Shown: positions 27,465 to 39,800, counted from the stretch's first letter. The stretch: 64,000 nt of DNA from Tubulanus polymorphus (GCF_964204645.1 NC_134026.1:17146150-17210149); one strand, 5' to 3'. Translations and numbers: made by a program. Notes: generated by a model not told the origin, from the letters alone.

Positions 27465-27506
27465 ACACGACGTTTCGATCTCACCCTAGAGATCATCGTC
27501 AGGTGT
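27465..27506 (-). ncRNA. Minimal type I hammerhead ribozyme of a Penelope pLTR
   Basis: Minus strand ACAC-CTGACGA-T-GATCTC-tagggt-GAGATC-GAAA-CG-TC-GTGT: stem I, CUGANGA core, stem II, GAAA, GUC cleavage triplet. Confidence 0.88.
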
Positions 27507-27583
27507 GAGAAATAGACTAAAAACAGGGGTATATATACAGAGGAGGACAGGTTAATTGAGTAAATTGGTGAGTGAGTAAATAA

Positions 27584-27790
27584 TTAGTGTTTGGCAAGGC
27601 ATGAAGTAATATACTTAGAAAGAAGGGAATTATGCGGAGAAAAGCCATTATTTAAATTGGTACTAATATCTGAGTGACGAGTAATTAGGGCAGACTCAAC
27701 TATGTGGCGTTTAGTGTAATTGCTGGAAGTTTAAATAATTTCGGCTTTATCAAAATTAAAACGATGACCAGTGTTCCAAACGTGATTGAA
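27584..27790 (-). pseudogene. C-terminus of Penelope GIY-YIG endonuclease
   Basis: FNHVWNTGHRFNFDKAEII*..KRHIVESALI....NLNNG fits the H..H.F.F..R..ES..I..N..G pattern. Confidence 0.75.
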
Positions 27791-28104
27791 CCATTTTAGA
27801 TTTAAAGGGTTAGTGACAGTTTTTTCAAAGTATGCATTTTTCAAAATATTTCCCTGTAAAATGATAAATGTATCATGTGTGAACTTAATAAAATTGGTTT
27901 CATGAATGTAAAATGTCGCGTTAGTCAGCTACAGGCTTTTAAAAATCGCGCGTTTTGACGCGTTTACGAAAGAAAGTTGCATCGGCAAGTGAGTAGTGCT
28001 GACGTCACGTCGTGAAGGAGATTGGAATGCGGAAGTAAAAATACGCCGGTTCCCGTGCTAAACCGACACGCACACAGTACGTTTTTAAGTTAATATTTCC
28101 AAGG

Positions 28105-31100
28105 ATGCCAAGACGCTGTGTCTATTACGGATGCAGTACATCTGAAAAAGATTTGTTTCAATGGCCGGCGGATCCTGTACTAGCAAAAAAATGGACAAAT
28201 TTCGTGTGTTTGAAACGCATTCATTGGAAGCCAGCCGACGCCGGAAAAACACGTAGCCTACTATGTGCCAGGCATTTCGACGATGGTTCTTTCTCGAATC
28301 TGATGAAATACCGAGCCGGATTTGCAAAATGGTATATTTCTGAATAAATAACTCACTCTCTTCTATAATGCATGCAAAAATATTTGTCTTAGGCCTAAAT
28401 GAAATGAATCCTTTGTACAACTTCAATTCAAAATCAAAATATCTAACAAAACAGCCCACCACAATCCTATTCCCTTTTGACATGTTTCGAATCACAATGA
28501 ATGAATAGACTAGCTATTCACCCATTGTAATGATTTGCTTTATGTTACTCGAATTGAACCTCATTTTTAATAGATTTTATTCCTAACAAAAAAGATAAAC
28601 TAATGTTGATAAAATGTTTATTTCAGGTTAATTCTAAATAAAGATGCTGTTCCAACAATCCATATCCAAGACACTGATCAATCTGAGAGTCTAGACACAG
28701 AAAAGAATATGTTCTCGCCACCAACCAAAAAGGGCAGGTCTGCATTTGAGAAAAGGCGACGAATCGATATGATCAAAACTCTCGGTAGTGATTGTAATGA
28801 GGAAGAAGAAACCAATCTACCAAATGAAAGTGACTGGCTTGATTTGGACAAATCGGTCCAGACTGAATTTTCTAAGAATTCAATTGGTATGTGTAAGGCA
28901 TAAACAATGCATAATTTATGAATTTTAATCTGAAAAAGGATTATTGAATTGACAACATGTGCCGTTTTTAGGGATACAGACTCGTAAGTGGGTCCAAAGA
29001 TGTACGCGAAGACATACGTCACGTGTCAGACGATACAACCCAAAGCGGTCGATTGGCATACAGACGAGAAGGTTGTCCAGGCAAAAAATTTCAGAAATTG
29101 AAGAAAACCACACTACAGCCTCAGATAGTAGCAGTACAAGTGCGGATGAATCTGCCGACTTCAGACCAGATTTTAGTGAAGATCACAAGAATTAAAAATT
29201 TGAAGAAATGAGGTAAATTTTCATTTTGAGGCAGATCACATTTGTATTTCATGATTGATCCTATGAAACATTTCAAGCATAAATGAGAAATGACCGGTTA
29301 CATTTCAAGAAAAAATTATATTCTGCTAGCTTCATCCACCCAAAAAATTTGAACTTCATACATGATAATTAATTCTACACTTTATTTACATTCCAGAGAT
29401 GACAGTGATAAACAGTTCAAAGACCAAGAGAAATATATTGTGACTCAGTCAAATTTGTTCAAACTATTTAGAAACTGTCATATTTGTAGTAGTCAAACTA
29501 GCGTGACTAAAAAGGTTGTAGCATCACATATCGAGGTAACCAGTGTATGCTGTCACTGCGGTCACGTGACCAAGTGGGAGAATTGTCCGAAAGTTCGTGG
29601 TATTTGTTCACTAAGTTTGTTACTGAGTGCACTCATAGTTTTAACTGGTAGTCTACAATCTAAAGTTCTCAGATTGTTTAGGTAAGAAAACACAATTTTA
29701 TATATATATGGCAATTTGAAATTGTAACTTCAGAGGAGAGAATTCACAATCACATTTATTCATATTTTAAAGTTTCATGGGAGTATGCTGTGGAACCAGA
29801 CGCACTTTTTTCCGGCACCAGTCGAAGTATATCCACTCGGCAACAGCAGCAGTATGGAAAAAACAGCAGCAACAGTTATTGGAAGAACGGAAAAATGAAA
29901 CTTTATTGATCGGTGGAGACGGAAGGTGTGATTCTGTTGGTCACTCGGCTAAATATGGGATGTACAGTATCATTGATATTGTGACTTCGAAAATTCTATG
30001 CATGGAATTGGTTCAGGTAAATATTTTGTTTTTGCCAGTGCTGAAAATTAACATTTTCTAAATTTGAATGAAATGTTTTCAATGGACAATTTTGGCATTG
30101 ATCACCTATGAACTATCCTATTTAGAGTACAGAAACTGGATCAGCCAATAAGATGGAGTGTGAAGGGTTGAAGCGCTGTTACAAGACCATGAAAAACTTT
30201 AAGGTTCTTGCTCTGGTGACAGACATGCACTTGCAAATAGCGAAGTGGGTGCGTGAAAATTGGAGTATTAGCCACTTTTATGATTGCTGGCACGTCGTTA
30301 AATGTGAGTGAACAAAATTCAAGGCTGAATCTAATGTACTAACAAATGATTATGAATTCACTTCATTTTTCTTCTGTTGCAGCTATTACAAAGAAACTGG
30401 AGAAATTGGGAAAACAAAAAGAGATGGCAATTGTTAGTGACTGGATCAAGAGCATAAAGCTGCATTTGTATTGGTGTGCTCTGTCTTCCACCCCTGGCCA
30501 GTCGAACGAAATCAAAGAAAAATGGCTATCGTGCATAGACCATATACAGAATGTACATACAAACTGTTATCACCAACCATATGAAAAAAAGAAGAATTGG
30601 TTAATCCCAGGTAAGGAATTATTTTCAAATCGATCAATGTACTGGTTGCGTTCTTGCAGTTGATTTTTCATACAATTTAAATTTTAGGGTCTAGACCAGC
30701 CGACTCGGTAAAAACACTTCTAACTAGTACGAGAACTGTCAATAAGATTATGAAGATGTCCCCTTATGGGCAAACAAGTGATCTGGAATCCTTTCATAGT
30801 TTAGTGAATCATTTTGCACCAAAAATGATTCATTTCTCATATAAAGGAATGATTTCAAGGTACAGTTGTATATAAATCTGTCTGATGGAATGATACTACT
30901 AAAAATCGTAGAAAGATTTGTAATTTAAAACATATTTTCTTCAGAGTGTATACAGCTATTCTCCACTGGAATGAAAATAGCAAGAGGCCTCAGGCAAGAA
31001 AGTGGAAAACGGGAGAACTGCAGTACAGTATTTACTATCCTAAGTATAAAGATGGATACGTCGTCCATAAAATTCTTCAAGATGCCACATACAGTAAGTT

Positions 31101-31444
31101 TCGAGCTATTATCCCCATGAATTATATAAATGCACAAGTAAAAATCTACTAAGAACTATCTCTACATTTACTACATTTTAGGTTATATTGACCAAATAGT
31201 ATCGCAAGTTTTTGCCACAGCTAAAGTTGGTCCGAGGAAGTTAGTAAAAAATGTGATTCAAGTCCCACCGAGCTTAAGTGCAAATCACAACCGTATTGCT
31301 AAATCAGCAGCCATAGCAGCTCATAAAAGCAGATTTCGTTCAACCGAAAAAGTTCCATTGCGAATAAATTCATCTACGCCTACTGCAGTGAGAGGACGAG
31401 GGAAAAAGCGAAATTGTTCTGGTCAAAGAAAAGATAAAAATTGA
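28105..31444 (+). pseudogene. Spliced Kolobok THAP-DDE transposase (stop at 29193-29195)
   Basis: MPRRCVYYGC..LCARHF..AVPTI; GDGRCDSVGHSAKYGMY; TDMH; YDCWH; QTSDLESFHS..NHFAPK; most intron positions shared with Kolobok 1. Confidence 0.88.
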
Positions 31445-33340
31445 ACACGAATCTCATATTATGTACTTTGTTATATTGTTATCACTTTACTTATAAAATG
31501 AATAAAGAAATATGCATTATTCAAATTTTGGAAGTCTAAAACCTTTGTACATATTGTCACCATTCGGAAACTGAGCTCTGATAGCGCTCACGACACAACT
31601 CGGTAGAATTTTTCGATTCTTCGGTCCACAGTAGCCCCAGCACCATCGTACGAACTGACGATAAGCTACATGACGGTGTTTTTCGTTGATGTTGCCTTCG
31701 AAAGCTTTGCGTCCATAGTGCTGCCTAAATCCAAGCCATGCAACTTGTAGCACCCAAGGTTCCAAACAGATTCGACGAAATGCATCCGAGTCGGTGATAC
31801 ATGGAGCAACATTCTGGTTATGCGTTTGGGCCACCTCCTCCATCTTTTCTCTGACAACATCAATCTCTTGGCAGCAACAGCATTCTGTAGCAGTTTGTAA
31901 AACTTGGCAGTTATTACATTGACACCTGCATGTGAGAAAAAGAAAAGATTCAATGGTGTTTCAAGTGTTTGCAGTTACTGGTCTTAACTCGAAACATCTG
32001 CTAATTATAACCCCATCAATACAACTCAATTAGAATGTGCCTCACTCTCAAAAAGCAAAATTCTAAAATTGATGGATGATCCCAATAGATGATAAAAATA
32101 CAGAAAACCGTACCTTTATAAGATAAATAACACCTTGAAATTTGACAAGAGAATACCAAACATATATTGCAGACCATACATTAACGATTCTTTTCCTGAC
32201 TTTATTAATAGATTTTTCTACCTAGGGGAAAACCCTCTACTTAACCTTTCATCACCTGAGAGTGGCAGCACCTGCTTGCCTTCTTTTACATTTTTCAAGT
32301 ACTAAAGTAGATTCACTCCCGGAAAAGATCGATATTGCTTAATTTAATGCCACATGTTGAACACAGCTTTAGGTTTTTATTCTTCCGATCCTCAGATTTT
32401 GGATCTCATCAACCGGAGGAATGATGGAAAAATAAAAAAAACTAAAGAATATCCAATTTTATTAATTTTTTCATTCCTAAAAAATAACGTCGGCGGATCC
32501 GTAAACCAAAAAATAAAAAAACCTGGCCTAAAATTCAAATGCTAGCTACGGCCCTGGGTACCCCCAGACGCCGGGAAGTTTACTAAGGTAAACTCACAGT
32601 GTATTGAATGATTTTAAACGTACCAGTCTTTCAATCTTTGAACATCTAATCTCCATCTAATATCTGGCTGATCATCTGGTCTCTCTCCATTTTCTTCGGG
32701 TTCTAAGTCTGGTTCATATAAACAGGGAAGTGTGATGAGATGGAATACGGACGCTATTGTGCAGCTCTTGTCGAATGTGCGTTGTAATTGCCCTAAAGCC
32801 GATAACGGTTCGTCGGCGAGCGCTTTGTTACGTAACGCGCCGATAAGCGATAACCAGCGAGATCGGGAATCTCCGTAATAAATCAGTTGTTTCCGAATAT
32901 CGGTTTTTCATCCCATAATAAACTTATATAAAAATTCCTCTGTAAACTGGTTAAACTCAACACCTGATTTCCCCTCATCAATTTTAGTCGATCAACTTGT
33001 ATTCACAATTGTCTTAAATTTAAGTGCCCCCTAGTTTGTCTCTTAACTGCTTCTCTTTAATCTGTTTTAGCGTGTAACTGTTTCTACGTTAATTTTCCTT
33101 TAGTTAGTATCATCTCTGATTACTTGAATTAGTCTCTTTGTCTCTGGATTGTATATATCTTTCATAATTTCTGTAGTATTCATTATTTCTGAAGATGACT
33201 ATTAGGACATGGACGAAACGTTGAATAAACTACTAACATTTTTGGACTTTTTCGTTATCATTGTGGGATTCTCCCTACATCGCTTCAGACGGATATAGTG
33301 TTTTATCAATCGTGATATCGGTTCTTTCCGCTGTATTAAA

Positions 33341-33954
33341 ATGGCAACGGTTGTCAACGAAATTATAAATGATGACGATTTTGACGATCTATTCTCTGAT
33401 AGTGACGAATTGGTTCAGATCGATACGGAAATATTACGGGAATCCTCTGGATCAGGATCAACTAATTCGGCCGATTCTAGTGAGTGTTATTCCTTTTGAA
33501 TCAATGAAATATCGGAATAGTTTCCACCTAATTGCAGGCACTTTATTCTTTCCTTTTCTATTTCATATAGGTACTTCTCAGGCTCAGCTGACCAGAGACT
33601 GCGATCTGAACACGAGAAAACACACATACAGGTATTTTTACATTTATTTTTATAATCAATACAATCCTTTTAGGTTATAAAATAATAAACGAATACAGAA
33701 AATAATACATAAACATAATATAAAAAATCCAGATAAGTACATGTTAAAATAATAATCATTATTATTATTTTCGCAGGAACACTATATATTTGGAAAAGGC
33801 TATGACTGAAGTGATTAACCATCGAGTATTTAAATTCAGTTCAAATGGAATGGCAGCAGTACATTATGGAAAATCGATCGATAAAATTTTGACTACAAAT
33901 AAGTCGCCGTCCAGACTTGGAATTAACCAGTGGTTTACATGTCCATTGTTTTAA
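33341..33954 (+). CDS. Spliced unknown gene (5' part) within the 7-bp-TSD element
   Basis: Exons 33341-33479, 33571-33631 and 33777-33954 with GT-AG junctions stay in one open frame (MATVVNEIINDDDFDDLF..). Confidence 0.5.
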
Positions 33955-34173
33955 TTTGATAGTAACAGGGACAGTTTTTTTAACGTTTTTGTTCTTACGC
34001 CATTTTTGTAATTTGACACGACACATATTACAGATATATATCGGGTACTGTTCAGTATCATCATCAAAATCAATGTTGAACAACTCCTTCACATGGCTTT
34101 TGAAATTATTTTTATCGATAGGACGACGATCCGGAGGTTTCGCATTTTTTCCACACAATCGACAAAGATCCAT
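33841..34173 (-). CDS. Truncated protein with Chapa/RAG1-N/ZAD-like C4 zinc domain
   Basis: LCRLCG..ELFNIDFDDD..YPIYICNMC; a splice acceptor lies just upstream of the ATG. Confidence 0.7.
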   Translation of the reverse strand: MDLCRLCGKNAKPPDRRPIDKNNFKSHVKELFNIDFDDDTEQYPIYICNMCRVKLQKWRKNKNVKKTVPVTIKLKQWTCKPLVNSKSGRRLICSQNFIDRFSIMYCCHSI

Positions 34174-35316
34174 GACTAAAAACAAAAAAAGGTTAATTAA
34201 ATTAGATTGCTGATGCTATTTAGGCAACTTGGTTTATATGGGGGACAATAATTTGTAGGCCTAATGTAAGCGTTATTAAGTAACATTATTATGTAGTAAA
34301 TACACATTTTAAAGATCATACTTCGTGTATATGTTTGTGTCGTAACTTAGCAACATGACGTCAGAAACGAAAGCTGCGCGAGTCTGGGCCGAAATATTTG
34401 ACATCTTCAAGGCCCAAATAACGCTAAACCCGGAATCGGAACGAACTGGCAAAAACATATGTTTAACACATAAAAACAGACTTTAATCACAATATAAATA
34501 CTTAATGTTCCGATACCGGGTTTCGGAGATATAGAAGAATAAAAATACATACCTTTTTGGACAAATTTTACGAGAAATTGTTGAATTTCAACCGATTTTC
34601 TAAAGAAAAATATGTGTATACACAGCCACTTCCACGTTGTTCAATGAACTGCAGTGCGCATGCGTAGTATCGATCGCAGAACATTTATCGGGCTAAAACT
34701 ATTGCGGGTTGTTCTGCGACCGAATCAAAGTTGATGTTGAATGGTGTTCAGCTGGTAACACACACTCGATAAGCGTAGCTTACTGCTGTTGCGGTAACCT
34801 TTGATGTACGGGCTGAATTGAATAGCCTACATCCGGCAATTAAAAGCGTCCGTATTCCATCTCATCACACTTCCCTGATATAAATATGGACCAATAGTAA
34901 TATGCTCTCCGTCTTCATCGCTAACATTTGAACTAATATTAGACGATTCATTCGAAGAAATGTCCGTAGTTGAAGACTCGCTGTCGGACGCCATTGTGAA
35001 TAGTCTATTGTTTACATTCTTTGTTTTCACGACGTGACGTCACGACCTAAGCACGTGCTTGTATAAAAACAACAACACTACCGGATGTTTTAAAATGCGT
35101 TTTTATTTTAACTGGCAGAGTTGCAAAACAGTTTTTTCGACTAAGATGACAAGTTTAAACATATTTCTGCCTAAAAATGGTAAAATTTTAACTTATTGCG
35201 AAAATATGTCACTAACCCTTTAATAAATAAATTCTGGTTTTTAAATTCTTTTAATCTGTAAATAGTGGGATTTTATCTTATTATCCGTTCACCACGTGAG
35301 TGTGGTTATCGTTCTA

Positions 35317-35980
35317 AAATCCTGATGAAGTTTCAAGGAGTAGGACAAGTGATAGAGGTAATCAAAAACTTGCTCAATGTTTCCCAAAAGTAATAATTCA
35401 GTTTACCATTAGGATTTAACATTGCCCAGCAGTCACGTGCATGTGAATCAAAAGCATAGAAAAGTTGATCCTTCCTGATAATTGCTGATGTGTAACTGGC
35501 TTCATGCAAAAACTTCTGACTACTAGAACCATAGTCTCTTCCAAAGGTAACAAAAATAGATCCACATTGTTGAAAAGCGAAAATAACTGCATGCCGTAAT
35601 GACACACGTGGTTCAGTAACAACAGTGGATTCTAACGATGTGCCAAATATTTCACTTGCAAAATGAATTCCAATCTGTTGGCTATCGATTGTGAAAGTAG
35701 AAGGCATAACTTTTATTAGGAGATATTGATTAAGACTTTTCATGGATAGCTTTCTCAATATCATATTCAAATCATTAGTACTGAAATTGGTAGGATTTAG
35801 ATAGGATCCCATGATCAGGAAAATGAATGATGCACAAACACACTGTTTTCCTGCAGCATCTGAAAATATTTCACCTCCTTGATGGTAAGAAGCAAATACA
35901 TAATTTACTGCTTGAATTTTGTTCTTTTTTTTCCTGATCAGTTTTAACCGATTGTGGCTTTGACGTTTTAATTTCGGCAT
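35317..35980 (-). pseudogene. Helentron polyprotein N-terminus with herpes-type deubiquitinase-like (peptidase C76) domain
   Basis: ASYHQG..F...AGKQCV..FDSHARD; contiguous with 27386 once the Penelope insertion and one TSD copy are removed. Confidence 0.75.
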
Positions 35981-36029
35981 AATGGAAGAGCAGCTAAGAG
36001 GCAGTTTAGTATAGTAAAAGGTAGTTTAT

Positions 36030-36139
36030 TCAGTCGGTTATAGGTGGTCAAGTGAGGTCAGTTATAGGTGGTCAGTTTAGTCAGTTATAGGTGGTCAGTT
36101 TAGTCAGTTGTAGGTGGTAAATTCTGTCAGTTTTAAGTG
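36030..36139. repeat. ~22-bp tandem repeat (AGGTGGTCAGTTTAGTCAGTTAT-like) upstream of the Helentron ORF; Polinton target
   Basis: About 5 copies; the array resumes at 60816-60838 after the Polinton. Confidence 0.8.
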
Positions 36140-36728
36140 AGTAATAGGGATAATAGGCTTTCAAGCCAAAGGTCGAACGGTCGAGCTCATTAAAAAACAA
36201 AACATTAAAAGTAATTTAAAACTATAATATATTTTCATAACCGTGTGTATTTTATATTATAACTAAATATTTATTCTAAGATATCAATAATTTAAAAAGC
36301 ATATTGTATTAAATCAATTGGTCGCTCCACTTCGCTACCGCTCCGCTCCGCGACCAATTGATTTATTTACAATACACAAATTCATATAATCAAATATATT
36401 TTAATAATAATAATTATTCTATTATTCAACTGAAATACACACGGTTATGAAAATATATTATAGTTTTAAATTACTTTTAATATTTGTTTTTAATGAACTC
36501 GACCATTCAACCTTTAACCTGAAAGCCTATTATCCCTATTACTCTTAAAATAATCATATACATGAATAACATATAAATTGACAGATTATTCAATATAAAA
36601 GTATATATTTACAACATTATTTCAATATTTATATTTGTATGAGTTAGATTTTTAAACATTAAAAGTGTTAGTAAAGTGTGATTGAAATAATACATGATAT
36701 AAATCATTGAACTTCTAAAATCAATTTA
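36140..36728 (+). repeat. Polinton left TIR (first 404 nt form a fold-back)
   Basis: Reverse complement of 60227-60815 with only a handful of substitutions; 36140-36252 pairs with 36433-36543. Confidence 0.95.
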
Positions 36729-36749
36729 AAAAAAAAATTTAGTATTAAA

Positions 36750-38680
36750 ATAGAAGCAAATAAGTACCACTGTCCAACATGTAATATCAATATAGATAAA
36801 TCCCAAAAAGCAAGACACAATAAAACTAAAAAACATTTAGAGAATAAATTGAAACTAGAATATAAAGATGATATATTAGAAACTAAATTAGATGAATTAA
36901 CGAATGAAAAAGAAACATACAAATGTGATACATGTAATCAATCATTCAGTGATAAAAGATATTATAATGAACATTTAAAATCTAAAAGTCATATTAGAAA
37001 TATGAATAATGATATTTTAGGTGAAGATTATTTTGATAAAGATAATGATAAGAAACAGAAGACAATTAAAAGCATAAAAAATAAATTAAACAATAAAAGA
37101 CCATACATGGAAGATGTAAGAAAATATATTAATTCATTGGATAATAAAAAAGATATAGAGATAACCGAAGCATTTAAAAGTGATATTGGCCCAGAAGCTA
37201 TCGAGTTTAAATTTCATAAAGGAAAAACATTAGAAGAAAATAAAAAACATTTAGAAAATATGAAAGAAATAATAAAACTAATAACTGATGTTGAATATCC
37301 TAAAATAAGTATATCTTCTAGAGTTAAATTCATAAAATCTGAAGATAAACCAATATATAATATAAATTCTCATTCACAACATATTATATCTAAACAACAT
37401 ATAGATGATAAATTAGATAAATGTTATAATGAAGTAAAAACTAAAATAGAAGAGAAATATTTTGAAGGATCTGGTTTAATATTTGATGAAATAATATTTA
37501 TGGCTTTACATGTTTATAACACAAAATATAATAAGTTAACTAAATCAAAACCAATAGATGAAAATAATGTATCATATTATAAAGAACCAGATATTGAAGC
37601 ATCGAGTTATATCAAACTACCATTTAAAACTAATGCTGTTATAAATGTACAAAATGAAGATGATAAATGTTTTCTATGGGCTATAATAAGTTGTTTACAC
37701 CCAGTTGAAGATTATAAACAACATAGTTTTAGATTAACTCATTATAAACAATTTGAAAATAATTATAAGATAGATAAGTATCCTGTTATAATTAAAAACA
37801 TCCCAAAAATAGAAAGAGATAATAATATAAAGATAAATGTATTTGATTTAATCAAATTGCCAAATACAAAAGGTAACAACATAAACATTATACATTAGAA
37901 CCTTTATATCTATCAAAAGATTATGATTCAAATGATGTTATAGATATACTATATTATGAGAATCATTATATGTGGATTAAACAAATTGATTTATTCTTTA
38001 GAACAGAAAGTGATCACCATAATAAAATATATCTATGTAGAAAATGTTTACATAGATTCAGTAATGAAAGTACATTATTAAATCATAAACAATTATGTGA
38101 AAATCATGATTATTGTAAATTAGTTTTACCAAATGAAAAGGATAAAATATTAGAATTCAAAAAATATGATTACAAAAATAAAGTACCATTTGTGATATAT
38201 GGAGATTTTGAATCATTAAATAAAGAATTAACTGATCAAGATAGAAAAGAAATATATTATAAAAGAAAGAAATTAAATTCTAATGAAAATGATTTTTCAG
38301 ATGAACCACCAAAAACAAATACTATTAAAAAGATTCATCAATCAGCTGCAGCTTTCGGGTTATATATTAAATCTGATTATCCAGAACTAATTGAAAGTGA
38401 ATATTATCATTATAGAAATGAAAATGTTATTAATCATTTTTGTGACTTATTAATTGAATATGAAATAAGATTTAGTAAATTATTGAATACAAATAAAGAA
38501 ATTATAATGACAGAAGAAGATAAAGAAGAATTTGCGTTTGCAGATAAATGTTATTATTGTGAAAAGATATTTAATTTTAGAGATAAAAAAGTAAGAGACC
38601 ATGATCATTTGAATGGAAAGTTTAGAGGCGCTGCACGTGAGAATTGTAACTCACAAGCTAAGAAAATTAATTTTGTACCA
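36750..38680 (+). pseudogene. Protein-primed family B DNA polymerase, N-terminal part
   Basis: C2H2 fingers, SYIKLP..NVQNEDDKCFLWAI, exonuclease IYGDFES, EndoVII-like CYYC..VRDHDHLNGKFRGAA..CN; frameshift near 37895; interrupted at 38681. Confidence 0.9.
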
Positions 38681-39800
38681 TAGTCAGCCAGCCAACCTTA
38701 AAAAACTATCCTAAAATTCAACGATCACGGCATTTTTTGTTACAGCTTGGCATCCGGGCTCATTTGATAGCAGAGTATGTGGGCTATCATGTGTGGTGGA
38801 TGCCTTTTACAATTTTTTCGTTTTTTGGCCTACAGGGGCGTTAAAGTCAGACATTTTGAAATTAAAACATCTTCATTTTCATTTGACAGGGAAATACACT
38901 TAAAACTACTTTTGCTAAATAATTCGAATATCTCATCTTAGGTTTGGAGTAATTTTACTATCTAAACCTTTTCTGAGTCGGGGGATTACAGCGCATATAG
39001 CGCAACGTTAATTTTATGCATATATTTATTTGTTACCTAGTTATAGCAGCAACAATCTTGTAATATTCACTTGAAAATAGCAATTTCATATGAAATATTC
39101 ATTTTAAAGGTTATTAGCTCAAATAGTGATGTTGTTAATGTTTTTTGTTGGTTATTTTGATATTTCTTTAAACTTACTTATAACTCGTATGTACTTGGTC
39201 AATATCGGGATTAACTGTTTATTGGTTTCTATGGTAACAGCAATTCAAATCTGCGTTCTTCATCCGTCAGGTACCGGTATTTTGGGCGTTGGGTCTTTTG
39301 TGACATTCCATATGTCCTCAAACTCGCCAAAAGTCTTCGACCATTTATTGGGCCGCTTATTACTACGTCTTGCTAACAATTGAATTGCAACAATGGTAAC
39401 CATTAATGCAATTGCAGAAAAATCGCGTAATTTGTCCACATTCTTGACGTAACCAATGGATTATTTGAGTATGTGTTTAATTAAAGCCATTATTTAATCT
39501 TTTCTCTTTCAAAATCTTTAAAATCTTCAAAATTTTAAAATCATTCCATATTCGTTCACGAGTAAATTATAACTAAACGTTGTCACCATGGTAACCATAT
39601 ATTATATGCATTTATTTGAAAAAATTCTTTTTTTCCCATAAAATTTCCCATAAGATTTTCTCCCATATCTTTTGAACCCTTTCACCGAATTTGTCGAATG
39701 AAAGCTCATTTTTGAGGCAATTCCTTGAATTTTCCTTACTTCTAGGGCATGATACTAGTTAACCTTTAGTTAAACTAATATTCCCTTAACTGCAATTTAC

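Larger units (their letters stand above)
32723..34877. mobile_element. Internally deleted DNA transposon with 7-bp TSD (P-superfamily-like ends)
   Basis: TIR of about 33 bp CAGGGAAGTGTGATGAGATGGAATACGGACGCT; TSD ATATAAA (32716-32722, 34878-34884). Removing it restores the KolX frame. Superfamily is inferred. Confidence 0.85.
31517..34994 (-). pseudogene. KolX of Kolobok 2, exon 1 disrupted by an inserted element
   Basis: MASDSES..IGPYLY (34994-34878) rejoins EPDLEPEE..LKDW (from 32715 downwards). Exon 2 reads CQCNNC..ECCCCQE..RHVAYRQFVRWCWGY..LPSCVV..YKGF. Confidence 0.88.
27806..35219 (+). mobile_element. Kolobok DNA transposon 2
   Basis: TTAA TSD (27802-27805, 35220-35223); perfect 13-bp TIR AGGGTTAGTGACA; same gene layout as Kolobok 1. 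Confidence 0.93.
27387..35316 (-). mobile_element. 5'-truncated Penelope-like retroelement with inverted pLTR, split by Kolobok 2
   Basis: 13-bp TSD AAATCCTGATGAA (27374-27386, 35317-35329); ~68-bp inverted repeat (27388-27455 versus 27793-27805 joined to 35224-35278); endonuclease C-terminus and hammerhead present. Confidence 0.88.

Noticed and set aside
32723-34877. ProtoRAG/Transib element
   Set aside because: Termini are CAG rather than CAC, the TSD is 7 bp rather than 5, and no RAG1 core or recognisable kelch repeats are present.
36145-36162. Polinton terminus TAGGGATAATAGGCTTTC resembles the I-SceI site TAGGGATAACAGGGTAAT
   Set aside because: Only 13/18 identity, no LAGLIDADG gene, and it is part of a natural TIR; treated as coincidence.
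39126-39383. Duplicated 85-aa ORF (also 44268-44525)
   Set aside because: By-product of the inverted arms; non-ATG start and no domain evidence.
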